From positions 28,148,001-28,212,000 of the forward strand of contig OZ024746.1 of the NCBI GenBank assembly GCA_964016885.1: 64,000 nt of DNA. The letters run 5' to 3'. The notes under the pieces were generated by a model. That model saw only the letters and a list, made by a program, of their open reading frames with translations, was not told where the DNA came from and did no database searches. This stretch comes from Eledone cirrhosa. Taxonomy: Eukaryota. The position numbers and the translations under genes were made by a program. Each line of letters begins with the position of its first letter. The first letter of the stretch is position 1. Below, in pieces: positions 63,781 to 64,000 of this stretch.

Positions 63781-63873
63781 GACTCTTTTCCTATTACCCA
63801 CTCTACTACCCTAACTATTAAATATTCTGGTGCGTTATGGTCCACCTGGTTTTGTTACCACACTTTCTTTGTT
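63781..63873 (+). mobile_element. Family E element 3' fragment ending in (TA)n
   Basis: Homologous to 15594-15690. Confidence 0.78.
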
Positions 63874-64000
63874 ATATATATATATATATATATAATGTAG
63901 GAGGTGAGTTTTATTGTAGAACAATAAAGCAATGCAAATATCGGATAAGTAGCACTCAATAGTTTATTGGACTGGAGTATATATAAGAAGAAATATATAA

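Overview
Eukaryotic, AT-rich, microsatellite-saturated non-coding DNA. The repeat content (tRNA-derived CORE-type and Meta-type SINEs with ATG/TTA tails, RTE LINE remnants, long (TA)n/(CA)n tracts) suggests an octopod cephalopod; this is inference. Almost every ORF in the track is a simple-repeat artefact. The window appears to be the 5' part of one large minus-strand gene with tiny exons (donor at 62596; 47791-47757; 28505-28414/28418; 12627-12581), giving a phase-consistent MEKLKDNGTESGTETEERKATQLECRTLSAGNR..., plus possible alternative first exons. The introns hold SINEs, LINE fragments (RTE, Tx1/L1-like, R4/Dong, CR1/L2-like), several MITEs and many minisatellites. The main finding is a set of at least three or four sequence-unrelated, non-coding fold-back elements sitting in (TA)n tracts. 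Each carries a minimal type I hammerhead ribozyme with a palindromic stem III. Support comes from covariation (TATATA/TATGTA/TGCGCA/CCGG loops, a U3-A8 core variant) and a shared 3' TACTC...GAGTRC motif. They look like non-autonomous Penelope-like or retrozyme-type elements. All calls were made by eye; no searches or folding programs were run.
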